64,000 bases of DNA from Spirochaetia bacterium (GTDB taxonomy: Bacteria > Spirochaetota > Spirochaetia > G963692905), in NCBI GenBank assembly GCA_965220165.1, contig CBDCPJ010000050.1, positions 6,622 through 70,621 of the forward strand, read 5' to 3'. Of the stretch, positions 39,304 to 49,620 are shown in pieces. How positions within the stretch are numbered: position 1 is the stretch's first letter; each line of letters begins with the position of its first letter. The translations under genes were made by a program, and so were the position numbers. A model generated the notes under the pieces. The model was not told the DNA's origin, did no database searches, and worked only from the letters and a program-made list of their open reading frames with translations.

Positions 39304-40713
39304 ATGCCTATTTCCGCTATTCTTAATATTACCTATCTTATTTCTGCTGTTATGTTCATAATTGGACTGAAAATGCTTGCCCATCCCAATGGTGCCCTGA
39401 AGGGAAATTTGGTCAGCGCGGTAGGGATGCTATTGGCAGTCGTTGTTACACTGCTAGATAGGCAAATCGTTCGCTACAACTGGATCATTTATGGAATTGT
39501 GATAGGTTCGGTAATTGGAATTGCGCTTGCGCTTACTATCAAAATGACCGCGATGCCGCAATTAGTCGGTCTATTTAACGGATTTGGAGGGTTAGCATCA
39601 TTATTGGTTGCCGGAGGTATGATATATCGCGCCTTGATGAGTCTTGGAACCGATGGATTGATAGGAGGAAATTTGCAATTTCGAATTGCTACGGTTGCCT
39701 CCGGTCTTGTGGGGGCGGTTACCTTCCTTGGAAGTTTGGTAGCCTTTGCTAAATTACAGGGCCTTATTACCGAAAAACCGCTACGATATCCGGGCGAACA
39801 GATAGTAAAAATTCTGTTGTTAGCATCTACAATAGTATTTGGAATATTGTTCATTATCGATCCCACAAAAACAAATTATTTCTGGTATCTCGCCATTATC
39901 TCTTCTATTCTTGGTATCCAACTGGTTATGCCAATTGGCGGCGCCGACGCACCGGTAGTTATCGCCCTATTGAACTCCTACTCGGGTATTGCCGCTGCCG
40001 CTACTGGATTTGTGCTCTCTAATTCTATCCTTATCATATCTGGAGCGTTAGTTGGCGCGTCGGGTATTATTTTAACTAAGATTATGTGTCGCGCTATGAA
40101 CCGGTCGTTGGTCAATGTGTTATTTGGCGGAGTGGGCGCGGTTGCGACAAACAAAGACGATCAAGACAAAGTCTATGCCGGAAAAGTAACCTCTACTTCT
40201 GCGGAAGAGGTTGCTCTGCTACTTAAAACTTCGCGTCGAGTCGCATTTGTGCCAGGATATGGAATGGCAGTCGCTCGAGCGCAGTCTCCGGTAAGGGCGT
40301 TAACAGATCTTATGGAAAAAGATGGTATTGAAGTAACATTTGGAATTCATCCCGTAGCTGGGCGAATGCCAGGACACATGAATGTACTTCTAGCCGAAGA
40401 GAACATATCCTATGAAAAGCTCAAAGATATGGACACAATAAATCTTGAGTTCTCTAATATCGATGTGGTGATCGTATTGGGAGCCAACGATGTGGTCAAT
40501 CCCGTCGCTCGACAAGACACCAATAGTCCTATCGCTGGTATGCCGATTATGGATGTCGACAAGGCCCATACGGTTGTTGTTGTAAAACGGAGCCTCAGCC
40601 CCGGATTTGCCGGTATTGCCAATCCTCTGTTCGCCCTTGATAATACGCTTATGCTATTTCAAGATGGAAAGAAGGCGATGGAAGAGATAATATCAGCTTA
40701 TAAAGAAGCATAG
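39304..40713 (+). CDS. pntB: NAD(P) transhydrogenase beta subunit
   Basis: MTAMPQLV, IGGADAPVVI, PGYGMAVA, HPVAGRMPGHMNVLLAE, GANDVVNP. Confidence 0.97.
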   Translation: MPISAILNITYLISAVMFIIGLKMLAHPNGALKGNLVSAVGMLLAVVVTLLDRQIVRYNWIIYGIVIGSVIGIALALTIKMTAMPQLVGLFNGFGGLASLLVAGGMIYRALMSLGTDGLIGGNLQFRIATVASGLVGAVTFLGSLVAFAKLQGLITEKPLRYPGEQIVKILLLASTIVFGILFIIDPTKTNYFWYLAIISSILGIQLVMPIGGADAPVVIALLNSYSGIAAAATGFVLSNSILIISGALVGASGIILTKIMCRAMNRSLVNVLFGGVGAVATNKDDQDKVYAGKVTSTSAEEVALLLKTSRRVAFVPGYGMAVARAQSPVRALTDLMEKDGIEVTFGIHPVAGRMPGHMNVLLAEENISYEKLKDMDTINLEFSNIDVVIVLGANDVVNPVARQDTNSPIAGMPIMDVDKAHTVVVVKRSLSPGFAGIANPLFALDNTLMLFQDGKKAMEEIISAYKEA

Positions 40714-40726
40714 ATAACAAACTTCT

Positions 40727-40760
40727 AGGGCGTTCAACGGACGCCCTCCCGGTTTTTTTC
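40727..40760 (+). terminator. Putative intrinsic terminator between convergent pntB and carD
   Basis: AGGGCGT...ACGCCCT stem, followed after a few nt by a T-run. Confidence 0.5.
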
Positions 40761-40771
40761 TATTTTTTTAC

Positions 40772-43700
40772 CTACTCGTCGTTATCCCAATTGCTAAGGT
40801 CTTCGCCAGAATCGTTTATGTCTTCGAATGCTTCGCCGATCTTTGATTTTTTATTCTTCTTGGGTTCTATATTATCATTATCTTTGTGCTCGTTTTCGGC
40901 TAAAAGAGCTATCGACTGTTGGAGAATCTTATAGATTTTTTCACTTGCAATTTCTCTATCTATCTTTAATGCAATGGAAATCTCATCAGCTAGTGTGCCC
41001 AATGTACTGTCCAACATCTTACGTTCCATTATAGGCAGATCTTTCATTAGTTTTCTCTGATAAAGAGAACGTACCACTTTCGCGATTTCAAAAAGAGTCC
41101 CTTTTTTGATACTGTCAAGATAGTATTGATATCGCATCTTCCAATCAGCCGGTACTGCTTCTCCCTCCTCCGCAAGAATATCCAGCGCTTTATTTGCTTT
41201 TCGACTTGATACTATTGACCGTATCTTTTGTTTGGTTATTTGTGTTGTTGGAACCATTACCGTCATCTCAGTGCTAGCAATATATATTACGTAGTAGAGT
41301 ATCATTTCGCCATCAAATTCACGCTCTTCGATTGCAACTATCTCGCCAACTCCTTGCACTGGATAGACTACTTTTTGATACAATTTAAACCGCAATTCAG
41401 ACGATTTCTTCCCTTTTTTATCTATACCTTTTTCAATTTGCCCAGCCTCTCGCTCGACCTGATTGGGCGACGATTCATCAACGGCGTCTTGGTCGGATAT
41501 CCGCTCATCGGCCGCGGCGGATGAGTCGCTTTGCGGCGGGCGTTCTTGCTCGCTCTTTGGCTTGCGGCCGCGGCGCTTCTTTGCTGCCGGTCGATCGGAA
41601 ACAGAAACGGGGCGCTCCCCGCTCTGACTGGACGCCGATCCATTAGCGGCGCCTTGGGTCGATGTATCAGCGCTGTCGCGGCCCTGCTCAGCGCTCTCCT
41701 GTCCGGGTATCCGCGCGGTGGTTGCGGCGGGCGGGTCGCCAGCGCTGTCATGTTCGGGAAGCCGCTCATCGGCCGCGGCGGGCGAGTCGCTTTGCGGCGG
41801 GCGTTCTTGCTCGCTCTTTGGCTTGCGGCCGCGGCGCTTCTTTGCTGCCGGTCGATCGGAAACAGAAACGGGGCGCTCCCCGCTCTGACTGGACGCCGAT
41901 CCATTAGCGGCGCCTTGGGTCGATGTATCAGCGCTGTCGCGGCCCTGCTCAGCGCTCTCCTGTCCGGGTATCCGCGCGGTGGTTGCGGCGGGCGGGTCGC
42001 CAGCGCTGTCATGTTCGGAAAGCCGCTCATCGGCCGCGGCGGGCGAGTCGCTTTGCGGCGGGCGTTCTTGCTCGCTCTTTGGCTTGCGGCCGCGGCGCTT
42101 CTTTGCTGCCGGTCGATCGGAAACAGAAACGGGGCGCTCCCCGCTCTGACTGGACGCCGATCCATTAGCGGCGCCTTGGGTCGATGTATCAGCGCTGTCG
42201 CGGCCCTGCTCAGCGCTCTCCTGTCCGGGTATCCGCGCGGTGGTTGCGGCGGGCGGGTCGCCAGCGCTGTCATGTTCGGAAAGCCGCTCATCGGCCGCGG
42301 CGGATGAGTCGCTTTGCGGCGGGCGTTCTTGCTCGCTCTTTGGCTTGCGGCCGCGGCGCTTCTTTGCTGCCGGTCGATCGGAAACAGAAACGGGGCGCTC
42401 CCCGCTCTGACTGGACGCCGATCCATTAGCGGCGCCTTGGGTCGATGTATCAGCGCTGTCGCGGCCCTGCTCAGCGCTCTCCTGTCCGGGTATCCGCGCG
42501 GTGGTTGCGGCGGGCGGGTCGCCAGCGCTGTCATGTTCGGAAAGCCGCTCATCGGCCGCGGCGGGATGAGTCGCTTTGCGGCGGGCGTTCTTGCTCGCTC
42601 TTTGGCTTGCGGCCGCGGCGCTTCTTTGCTGCCGGTCGATCGGAAACAGAAACGGGGCGCTCCCCGCTCTGACTGGACGCCGATCCATTAGCGGCGCCTT
42701 GGGTCGATGTATCAGCGCTGTCGCGGCCCTGCTCAGCGCTCTCCTGTCCGGGTATCCGCGCGGTGGTTGCGGCGGGCGGGTCGCCAGCGCTGTCATGTTC
42801 GGAAAGCCGCTCATCGGCCGCGGCGGATGAGTCGCTTTGCGGCGGGCGTTCTTGCTCGCTCTTTGGCTTGCGGCCGCGGCGCTTCTTTGCTGCCGGTCGA
42901 TCGGAAACAGAAACGGGGCGCTCCCCGCTCTGACTGGACGCCGATCCATTAGCGGCGCCTTGGGTCGATGTATCAGCGCTGTCGCGGCCCTGCTCAGCGC
43001 TCTCCTGTCCGGGTATCCGCGCGGTGGTTGCGGCGGGCGGGTCGCCAGCGCTGTCATGTTCGGAAAGCCGCTCATCGGCCGCGGCGGATGAGTCGCTTTG
43101 CGGCGGGCGTTCTTGCTCGCTCTTTGGCTTGCGGCCGCGGCGCTTCTTTGCTGCCGGTCGATCGGAAACAGAAACGGGGCGCTCCCCGCTCTGACTGGAC
43201 GCCGATCCATTAGCGGCGCCTTGGGTCGATGTATCAGCGCTGTCGCGGCCCTGCTCAGCGCTCTCCTGTCCGGGTATCCGCGCGGTGGTTGCGGCGGGCG
43301 GGTCGCCAGCGCTGTCATGTTCGGAAAGCCGCTCATCGGCCGCGGCGGATGAGTCGCTTTGCGGCGGGCGTTCTTGCTCGCTCTTTGGCTTGCGGCCGCG
43401 GCGCTTCTTTGCTGCCGGTCGATCGGAAACAGAAACGGGGCGCTCCCCGCTCTGACTGGACGCCGATCCATTAGCGGCGCCTTGGGTCGATGTATCAGCG
43501 CTGTCGCGGCCCTGCTCAGCGCTCTCCTGTCCGGGTATCCGCGCGGTGGTTGCGGCGGGCGGGTCGCCAGCGCTGTCATGTTCGGAAAGCCGCTCATCGG
43601 CCGCGGCGGATGAGTCGCTTTGCGGCGGGCGTTCTTGCTCGCTCTTTGGCTTGCGGCCGCGGCGCTTCTTTGCTGCCGGTCGATCGGAAACAGAAACGGG

Positions 43701-45359
43701 GCGCTCCCCGCTCTGACTGGACGCCGATTCATTAGCGGCGCCTTGGGTCGATGTATCAGCGCTGTCGCGGCCCTGCTCAGCGCTCTCCTGTCCGGGTATC
43801 CGCGCGGTGGTTGCGGCGGGCGGGTCGCCAGCGCTGTCATGTTCGGAAAGCCGCTCATCGGCCGCGGCGGATGAGTCGCTTTGCGGCGGGCGTTCTTGCT
43901 CGCTCTTTGGCTTGCGGCCGCGGCGCTTCTTTGCTGCCGGTCGATCGGAAACAGAAACGGGGCGCTCCCCGCTCTGACTGGACGCCGATCCATTAGCGGC
44001 GCCTTGGGTCGATGTATCAGCGCTGTCGCGGCCCTGCTCAGCGCTCTCCTGTCCGGGTATCCGCGCGGTGGTTGCGGCGGGCGGGTCGCCAGCGCTGTCA
44101 TGTTCGGAAAGCCGCTCATCGGCCGCGGCGGATGAGTCGCTTTGCGGCGGGCGTTCTTGCTCGCTCTTTGGCTTGCGGCCGCGGCGCTTCTTTGCTGCCG
44201 GTCGATCGGAAACAGAAACGGGGCGATCCCCGCTCTGACTGGACGCCGATCCATTAGCGGCGCCTTGGGTCGATGTATCAGCGCTGTCGCGGCCCTGCTT
44301 AGCGCTCTCGCTGTCCGGGTATCCGCGCGGTGGTTGCGGCGGGTATCAGCGCTGTCGCGGCCCTGCTCAGCGGGTCGGGTCGCCAGCGCTGTCATGTTCG
44401 GAAAGCCGCTCGAAAACAGAAACGGGGCGATCGGCCGCGGCGGATGAGTCGCTTTGCGGCGGGCGCTCTTGCTCGCTCTTTGGCTTGCTCGGCGCTGCTA
44501 CCGGTCGATCGGAAACAGAAACGGGGGCTCCCCTCTGACTGGACGCCGATTCATTAGCGGCGCCTTGGGTCGATGTATCAGCGCTGTCGCGGCCCTGTAG
44601 CGCTCTCATGTCCGGTATCCGCGCGGTGGTTGCGGCGGGCGGGTCGCCAGCGCTGTCATGTTCGGAAAGTCGCTCATCGGCCGCGGCGGATGAGTCGCTT
44701 TGCGGCGGGGGCGCTCTTTGGCTCATGAACTCGGCGTTGTTCTGCTACCGGTCGCTCGAAAACAGAAACGGGGCGATCCCCATCTGACTGGACGCCGATT
44801 CATTAGTGGCGCCTTGGGTCGATGTATCAGCGCTGTCGCGGCCCTGCTCAGCGCTCTCATGTCCGGGTATCCGCGCGGTGGTTGCGGCGGGCGGGTCGCC
44901 AGCGCTGTCATGTTCGGAAAGCCGCTCATCGGCCGCGGCGGATGAGTCGCTTTGCGGCGGGCGTTCTTGCTCGCTCTTTGGCTCATGAACTCGGCGTTGT
45001 TCTGCTACCGGTCGCTCGAAAACAGAAACGGGGCGCTCCCCGCTCTGACTGGACGCCGATTCATTAGCATTGTCATGGGCAGATTTATTAGCTGTGTCGT
45101 GGTCTTGATCAACAGCATCATGGTCAGATGCACGCTCGTCAGTCACTGCGGGCAGTTCGCTTTGCAGCATTTTTTCTGGATAAGATGCCCCATCAGCACT
45201 ATCAGACGCCTGTGTAATTATCTCGGATTGACTTTGTGGAGGCGTTACTACGTCCTGTTCTGATCGCCCGTCGTTTTTATCATATTTACTAGCTTGCGTT
45301 CTATCAATATCATCGTGGATAGATTGCGACGTATTTTCTTTATTCTTATCTGACGACAC
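40772..45359 (-). CDS. carD: CarD/CdnL-family transcription factor with very long N-terminal repeat region (frame broken in this sequence)
   Basis: GGAGGT RBS + GTG at 45359. C-terminal ~210 aa: FKLYQKVVYPVQGVG.I, MTVMVP, DWKMRY, LPIMERKM. The unique N-terminus (ORF 44745-45359) and the CarD ORF are joined by the array. Confidence 0.85.
41501..45068 (-). repeat. 261-bp (87-aa) tandem repeat, about 13.7 copies
   Basis: Unit marker ccgctcatcgg at 41501, 41762, 42023, 42284, 42545, 42807, 43068, 43329, 43590, 43851, 44112, then a garbled unit near 44400 and variant units near 44671 and 44932. Confidence 0.97.
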
Positions 45360-45417
45360 TACTGGAACCTCCGTTTATATTAGTTTGTATTTTGTCTATT
45401 TCCAATGTTCTTCCGTA

Positions 45418-47967
45418 CTATTTTTTACTTGCCTTTCTTGAGCTCTTTCGCTTAGAAACTGTTCCCGCTTTTTTTGTATCGGCAATAATAGCAAGCGCTT
45501 GCTCAGTAGTCATAGATTGTATACTTTCGTCCGATTTCATATCCTTTGGCAAACCTATATTTCGAGTACCATATTTTATGTGCGGGCCATAACGTCCTCT
45601 CACTATCTTTATTGAAATCTTATTCTCTTTATCGAAGCCTAAATCCCTTATCTCGCGAGATGAGGAACTTCTTGGAATCGCCAATAGTTGTAATGCCCTC
45701 TCTAAGCCAATGGTGTAGACATCCTCATCTTTAGGCACCGAACGATAACTGCCAGCATATCCCACATAGGGTCCAAAACGACCTATATTAGCAATAATCA
45801 TTTCACCATTGCTAGGATCTTTACCCAATTCTCGCGGCAAACTTAGCCATTTCAATGCCAAATCAATGGTAACATCTCGTATTTGCACCCCTGTAGGGAT
45901 TGCAGCTCTTCGTGGTTTATTTTCTTGCGATTTTTCGCCTAATTGAACATATGGACCATATCGCCCGATAAGACAGTAGATATTGCTACCTGTGGCTGGA
46001 TCAATACCAAGCGACTCATTAGATTTTATCTGTTGTTTAGTAATCTCCTCAAAATCGGCGACAGTAATATCGGCGGGAGGCTTTGTTTCTGGTATCGAAG
46101 CATGTGAACTCTCTCCATTTTCATCTTTCCAGACAAGATATGGGCCATACCGCCCAATTCTAATGTCGGGAGTTATTTCTGTGTATGGCATCGAAATAGA
46201 ACGAGAATGTTCTATAGCAATAGTACCGTACCTTTCGTTCACTTGTTGCTCCAGGCCTTCGGGACCTTGCCAAAACTTGCGAAGATAGTCTAAAGAATTA
46301 AGCTCTCCGTATGCAATTTTATCTAACGCATCTTCCATCTCAGAGGTGAATGTATAGTCGACAAGATTAGGAAAGTGTTTTTCTAAAAGTTGCGCGACCG
46401 CGATACCGGTAAAAGTTGGAGCGATAGAGCCTTTGTTATTAGAAGCATATTTACGGTCGAATAACGTTGAGATCGTCGTTGCATATGTCGACGGGCGTCC
46501 AATTCCTAATTTCTCTAATTGTTGTACTATTGTGGACTCGGTATAACGAGGCGGGGGTTGCGTGAAATGTTCTTCCGGCTCAATGCTACCTAATTGTAAT
46601 ATAGTCCCTATGTCTACATTAGGAATGGAGCGCTCTCTACTTGCATCTTGGTAGAGCGCAAGAAAACCGGGAAATACGATACGACTCCCTCCGGCTCGAA
46701 ATAGACAATCTTCAACTGCTACATCTATTGTAACGGTTTCCCTTTGAGCCGATTTCATTTGCGTTCCCAACGTTCTCTTCCAGATCAATCGATATAGCTT
46801 AGCATCTATAGCTCCAAGAGAAAGTGTGTCGGGATGACGAAACACCTCTCCAGAAGGTCTAATTGCTTCATGAGCCTCTTGCGCCTGTTTTGATTTAGCA
46901 GTATATTGACGCGGTTTTTCTGAAAGGTAGTCGTCTCCAAAACATTCTTTTACTGCAGAGCGAGCGGCTCGGATTGCCTGTGAAGAAAGATGTGGAGAAT
47001 CGGTTCGCATATATGTAATATATCCGCCTTCATAGAGACGTTGCGCGCTCCTCATAACCTCCTTTGCCGATATTTTTAGAGCATTCACGCCTTGTTGTTC
47101 AAGCGTCGAGGTAATAAAGGGAATTGGCGGGTGTTGAGAACTCTTTCTTTTTTTTACATCAGAGACTCTCCATTCTCTCTTTGGAAGAACCTCCACCAGT
47201 TCGTCAGCCTTTTCTTTATTCAATAATATACGATTTTTCTTTGCTAAAAATTTTCCGGTAATCGAGTCGAAATCGCTACCATCGACAATTCGTTTGCCGC
47301 CTATCGTATGGAGACGCACTTCAAATGAGTTGACTAAAGCGGTTATTCCCCAATAGTTATGACGCGCAAAAACAATGCGTTCTTTCTCGCGCTCTACAAT
47401 CAGCCGTAAACAAGGAGACTGCACTCGTCCGGCTGAAAGTCCAAATGCGATTTTTTTCCAAATAAGTTCAGAAAGAGTGTATCCATATAACCGATCGAGA
47501 ATTCGCCGTGTTTCTTGAGCGGTTACCATATCCATATTGATACTACGAAAATTATTCATTGCCTCCACAATCGCACTTTTAGTAATTTCATGGAAAACCA
47601 TACGAACTATTTTTGCTTTTGTTTTCAATACTTCGCAGAGATGCCATGAAATACTCTCGCCTTCTCGATCTTCGTCTGTGGCAAGCACTACCACATCCGC
47701 AGATGCCGTTGCTTTACGCATATTTTGAATAATTTTATTTTTCCCTTTTATCGTTACATAAATAGGAGAAAAATCATTCTCTAAATCTACCCCAAACTTT
47801 GTCCATGGTTTCCCTTGATAACGTTTTGGAATATCGCCTGTAGATTTTGGCAAATCCCGAACATGTCCGACACTAGCAAGAACTGTCCAACCTTCTGGAA
47901 GAAAGGGAGCTATAGTTTTTGCTTTGGTCGGCGACTCTACTATTACAACTGTTTTTTCACCGGCCAT
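45418..47967 (-). CDS. topA: DNA topoisomerase I (type IA) with C-terminal GRYGPY repeats
   Basis: IVESPTKAKTI, LATDEDREGE, SAGRVQS, GYITYMRTDS, GRYGPY repeats. Confidence 0.97.
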   Translation of the reverse strand: MAGEKTVVIVESPTKAKTIAPFLPEGWTVLASVGHVRDLPKSTGDIPKRYQGKPWTKFGVDLENDFSPIYVTIKGKNKIIQNMRKATASADVVVLATDEDREGESISWHLCEVLKTKAKIVRMVFHEITKSAIVEAMNNFRSINMDMVTAQETRRILDRLYGYTLSELIWKKIAFGLSAGRVQSPCLRLIVEREKERIVFARHNYWGITALVNSFEVRLHTIGGKRIVDGSDFDSITGKFLAKKNRILLNKEKADELVEVLPKREWRVSDVKKRKSSQHPPIPFITSTLEQQGVNALKISAKEVMRSAQRLYEGGYITYMRTDSPHLSSQAIRAARSAVKECFGDDYLSEKPRQYTAKSKQAQEAHEAIRPSGEVFRHPDTLSLGAIDAKLYRLIWKRTLGTQMKSAQRETVTIDVAVEDCLFRAGGSRIVFPGFLALYQDASRERSIPNVDIGTILQLGSIEPEEHFTQPPPRYTESTIVQQLEKLGIGRPSTYATTISTLFDRKYASNNKGSIAPTFTGIAVAQLLEKHFPNLVDYTFTSEMEDALDKIAYGELNSLDYLRKFWQGPEGLEQQVNERYGTIAIEHSRSISMPYTEITPDIRIGRYGPYLVWKDENGESSHASIPETKPPADITVADFEEITKQQIKSNESLGIDPATGSNIYCLIGRYGPYVQLGEKSQENKPRRAAIPTGVQIRDVTIDLALKWLSLPRELGKDPSNGEMIIANIGRFGPYVGYAGSYRSVPKDEDVYTIGLERALQLLAIPRSSSSREIRDLGFDKENKISIKIVRGRYGPHIKYGTRNIGLPKDMKSDESIQSMTTEQALAIIADTKKAGTVSKRKSSRKASKK

Positions 47968-48036
47968 GTTGGCGCATATATCAAATTAATTTGGCGTATG
48001 TCAAGTACCCAGACAATCATTTCGTATATTTGGAAG

Positions 48037-49620
48037 TTAAGATGACTGATTTTCGCCTATAATATGGCGATTATAATAGAATTCAAAGCTATCTACCAAT
48101 GCCTCCCAAGACGCTTCAATAATATTTTCATGCACTCCAACCGTATCCCAATTACTCCCGTTGGTCGACGATGAAGTGATAAATACTCGAACTTTTGCCG
48201 CTGCCGCTCGTTCAGGATTAAGAACGCGTACACGAAAATCAATCAAAGATATCCCTTTTATGAACGGATAATGTCCCGAGAGCGCGTTGCGAATTGCAAG
48301 ATCGAGCGTTTCAACTGGCCCATTGCCAACAGCCGCGCCCATTAACGTTGTATTTGTTAGATCGACAAATATACGACCAACGGTCTGAGAGTAGTCTCCT
48401 ATCGCTCGATAGGTTTCAAGGTGCCAATTGCGTAGCGAAAAAAGCGGCTGATAAATATTGATCGCCTTACGAATAAGTAAATCAAACGAGGCCTCCGCAG
48501 CTTCGTATTCATAACCCATTGATTCGCGGCTTTTAAGCGTGTCTATTAATTGCTGGACTACAGGCGACTGCTTAGTATATTCGCCATATTGAGATAACTT
48601 GCTTACCATCGTCGATTTTCCAGCTAATTCAGATAGAATAATATGGCGGCTATTGCCGACTTGCGCGCCATCTATATGTTCCATAAGAGCCGGAGATTTT
48701 TGGATAACATCGGCATGTTGTCCGGCTTTGTGACTGAATGCCGCTTCGCCAACATATGGCTGGCGTTTATCTGGAATAATGTTGGCCTTTTCGGAAATAT
48801 ATCTCGACAGCTCTGTCAAACGACTGATATTTTGATACACAGCGGGACGAAGCCCCTTTTTTATACAGAAGTTGGGAATAAGCACACAGAGATTAGCATT
48901 TCCACAGCGTTCTCCCCATCCATTAATTGTGCCTTGAATTTGAATCGCTCCTTGCTCGACAGCCACCAAGGAATTGGCTGTTGCTGTTCCACAATCATTG
49001 TGGAAATGCCCGCCTAATGGAGCTAATTCAGACTGCGGCAACTCCGTGTAGATCTTTGCTATTTCATCCGGCAAAGTGCCGCCATTAGTATCGCACGGCA
49101 CAATAATGTCCGCTCCGGCTTCGGTTGCCGTTCGTAGTATTTCTATAGCGTATGCGGCATCATCTTTGTATCCATCAAAAAAATGTTCGGAATCATAAAT
49201 CACCTCGCGCCCTTCACTCTTAAGAAAACGTATAGAATCGGCAATCATAGATAGATTTTCTTTGGGATCGGTACGGAGCACACTAGATACATGCGATTTC
49301 CATGTTTTCCCCACAATTGTAACCGTGGGAGTTTGCGCGCTCAATATAGCTCGTAAATTATCATCTTGATCAGCCCGGACGCCGGCTTTACGCGTAGATC
49401 CAAATGCGCAAATCTTAGCGTGATGAAATGAACTACGCAGACAACGACGAAAAAATTGCGCCTCTTTTTCATTGCTGTGTGGAAAGCCGCCCTCTATATA
49501 GTCAATTTGCATTTCATCCAATCGATGGGCGATTTGGAGCTTGTCCTCTAATGTATAGTTAACATCAATTCCCTGCATTCCATCGCGCAGGGTTGTATCA
49601 TAGATTAGTAATTTTTGCAT
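48037..49620 (-). CDS. cimA: Citramalate synthase (DRE-TIM family)
   Basis: YDTTLRDGMQG, DYIEGGFP, GKTWKSHV, DSEHFFDGYK, HFHND, GWGERCGNANL, AFSHKAGQH. Confidence 0.85.
   Translation of the reverse strand: MQKLLIYDTTLRDGMQGIDVNYTLEDKLQIAHRLDEMQIDYIEGGFPHSNEKEAQFFRRCLRSSFHHAKICAFGSTRKAGVRADQDDNLRAILSAQTPTVTIVGKTWKSHVSSVLRTDPKENLSMIADSIRFLKSEGREVIYDSEHFFDGYKDDAAYAIEILRTATEAGADIIVPCDTNGGTLPDEIAKIYTELPQSELAPLGGHFHNDCGTATANSLVAVEQGAIQIQGTINGWGERCGNANLCVLIPNFCIKKGLRPAVYQNISRLTELSRYISEKANIIPDKRQPYVGEAAFSHKAGQHADVIQKSPALMEHIDGAQVGNSRHIILSELAGKSTMVSKLSQYGEYTKQSPVVQQLIDTLKSRESMGYEYEAAEASFDLLIRKAINIYQPLFSLRNWHLETYRAIGDYSQTVGRIFVDLTNTTLMGAAVGNGPVETLDLAIRNALSGHYPFIKGISLIDFRVRVLNPERAAAAKVRVFITSSSTNGSNWDTVGVHENIIEASWEALVDSFEFYYNRHIIGENQSS

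Noticed and set aside
42565-44395. Arg/Pro-rich N-terminus of the 1207-aa ORF as the genuine CarD N-terminus
   Set aside because: It starts inside a garbled unit without an RBS. The true start with GGAGGT is at 45359 in the acidic frame.
41531-45263. Periodic plus-strand ORFs (81-84 aa MYQRCRG..., MRRAFLL...) in the 261-bp array
   Set aside because: Antisense translations of the repeat with no RBS or independent support.
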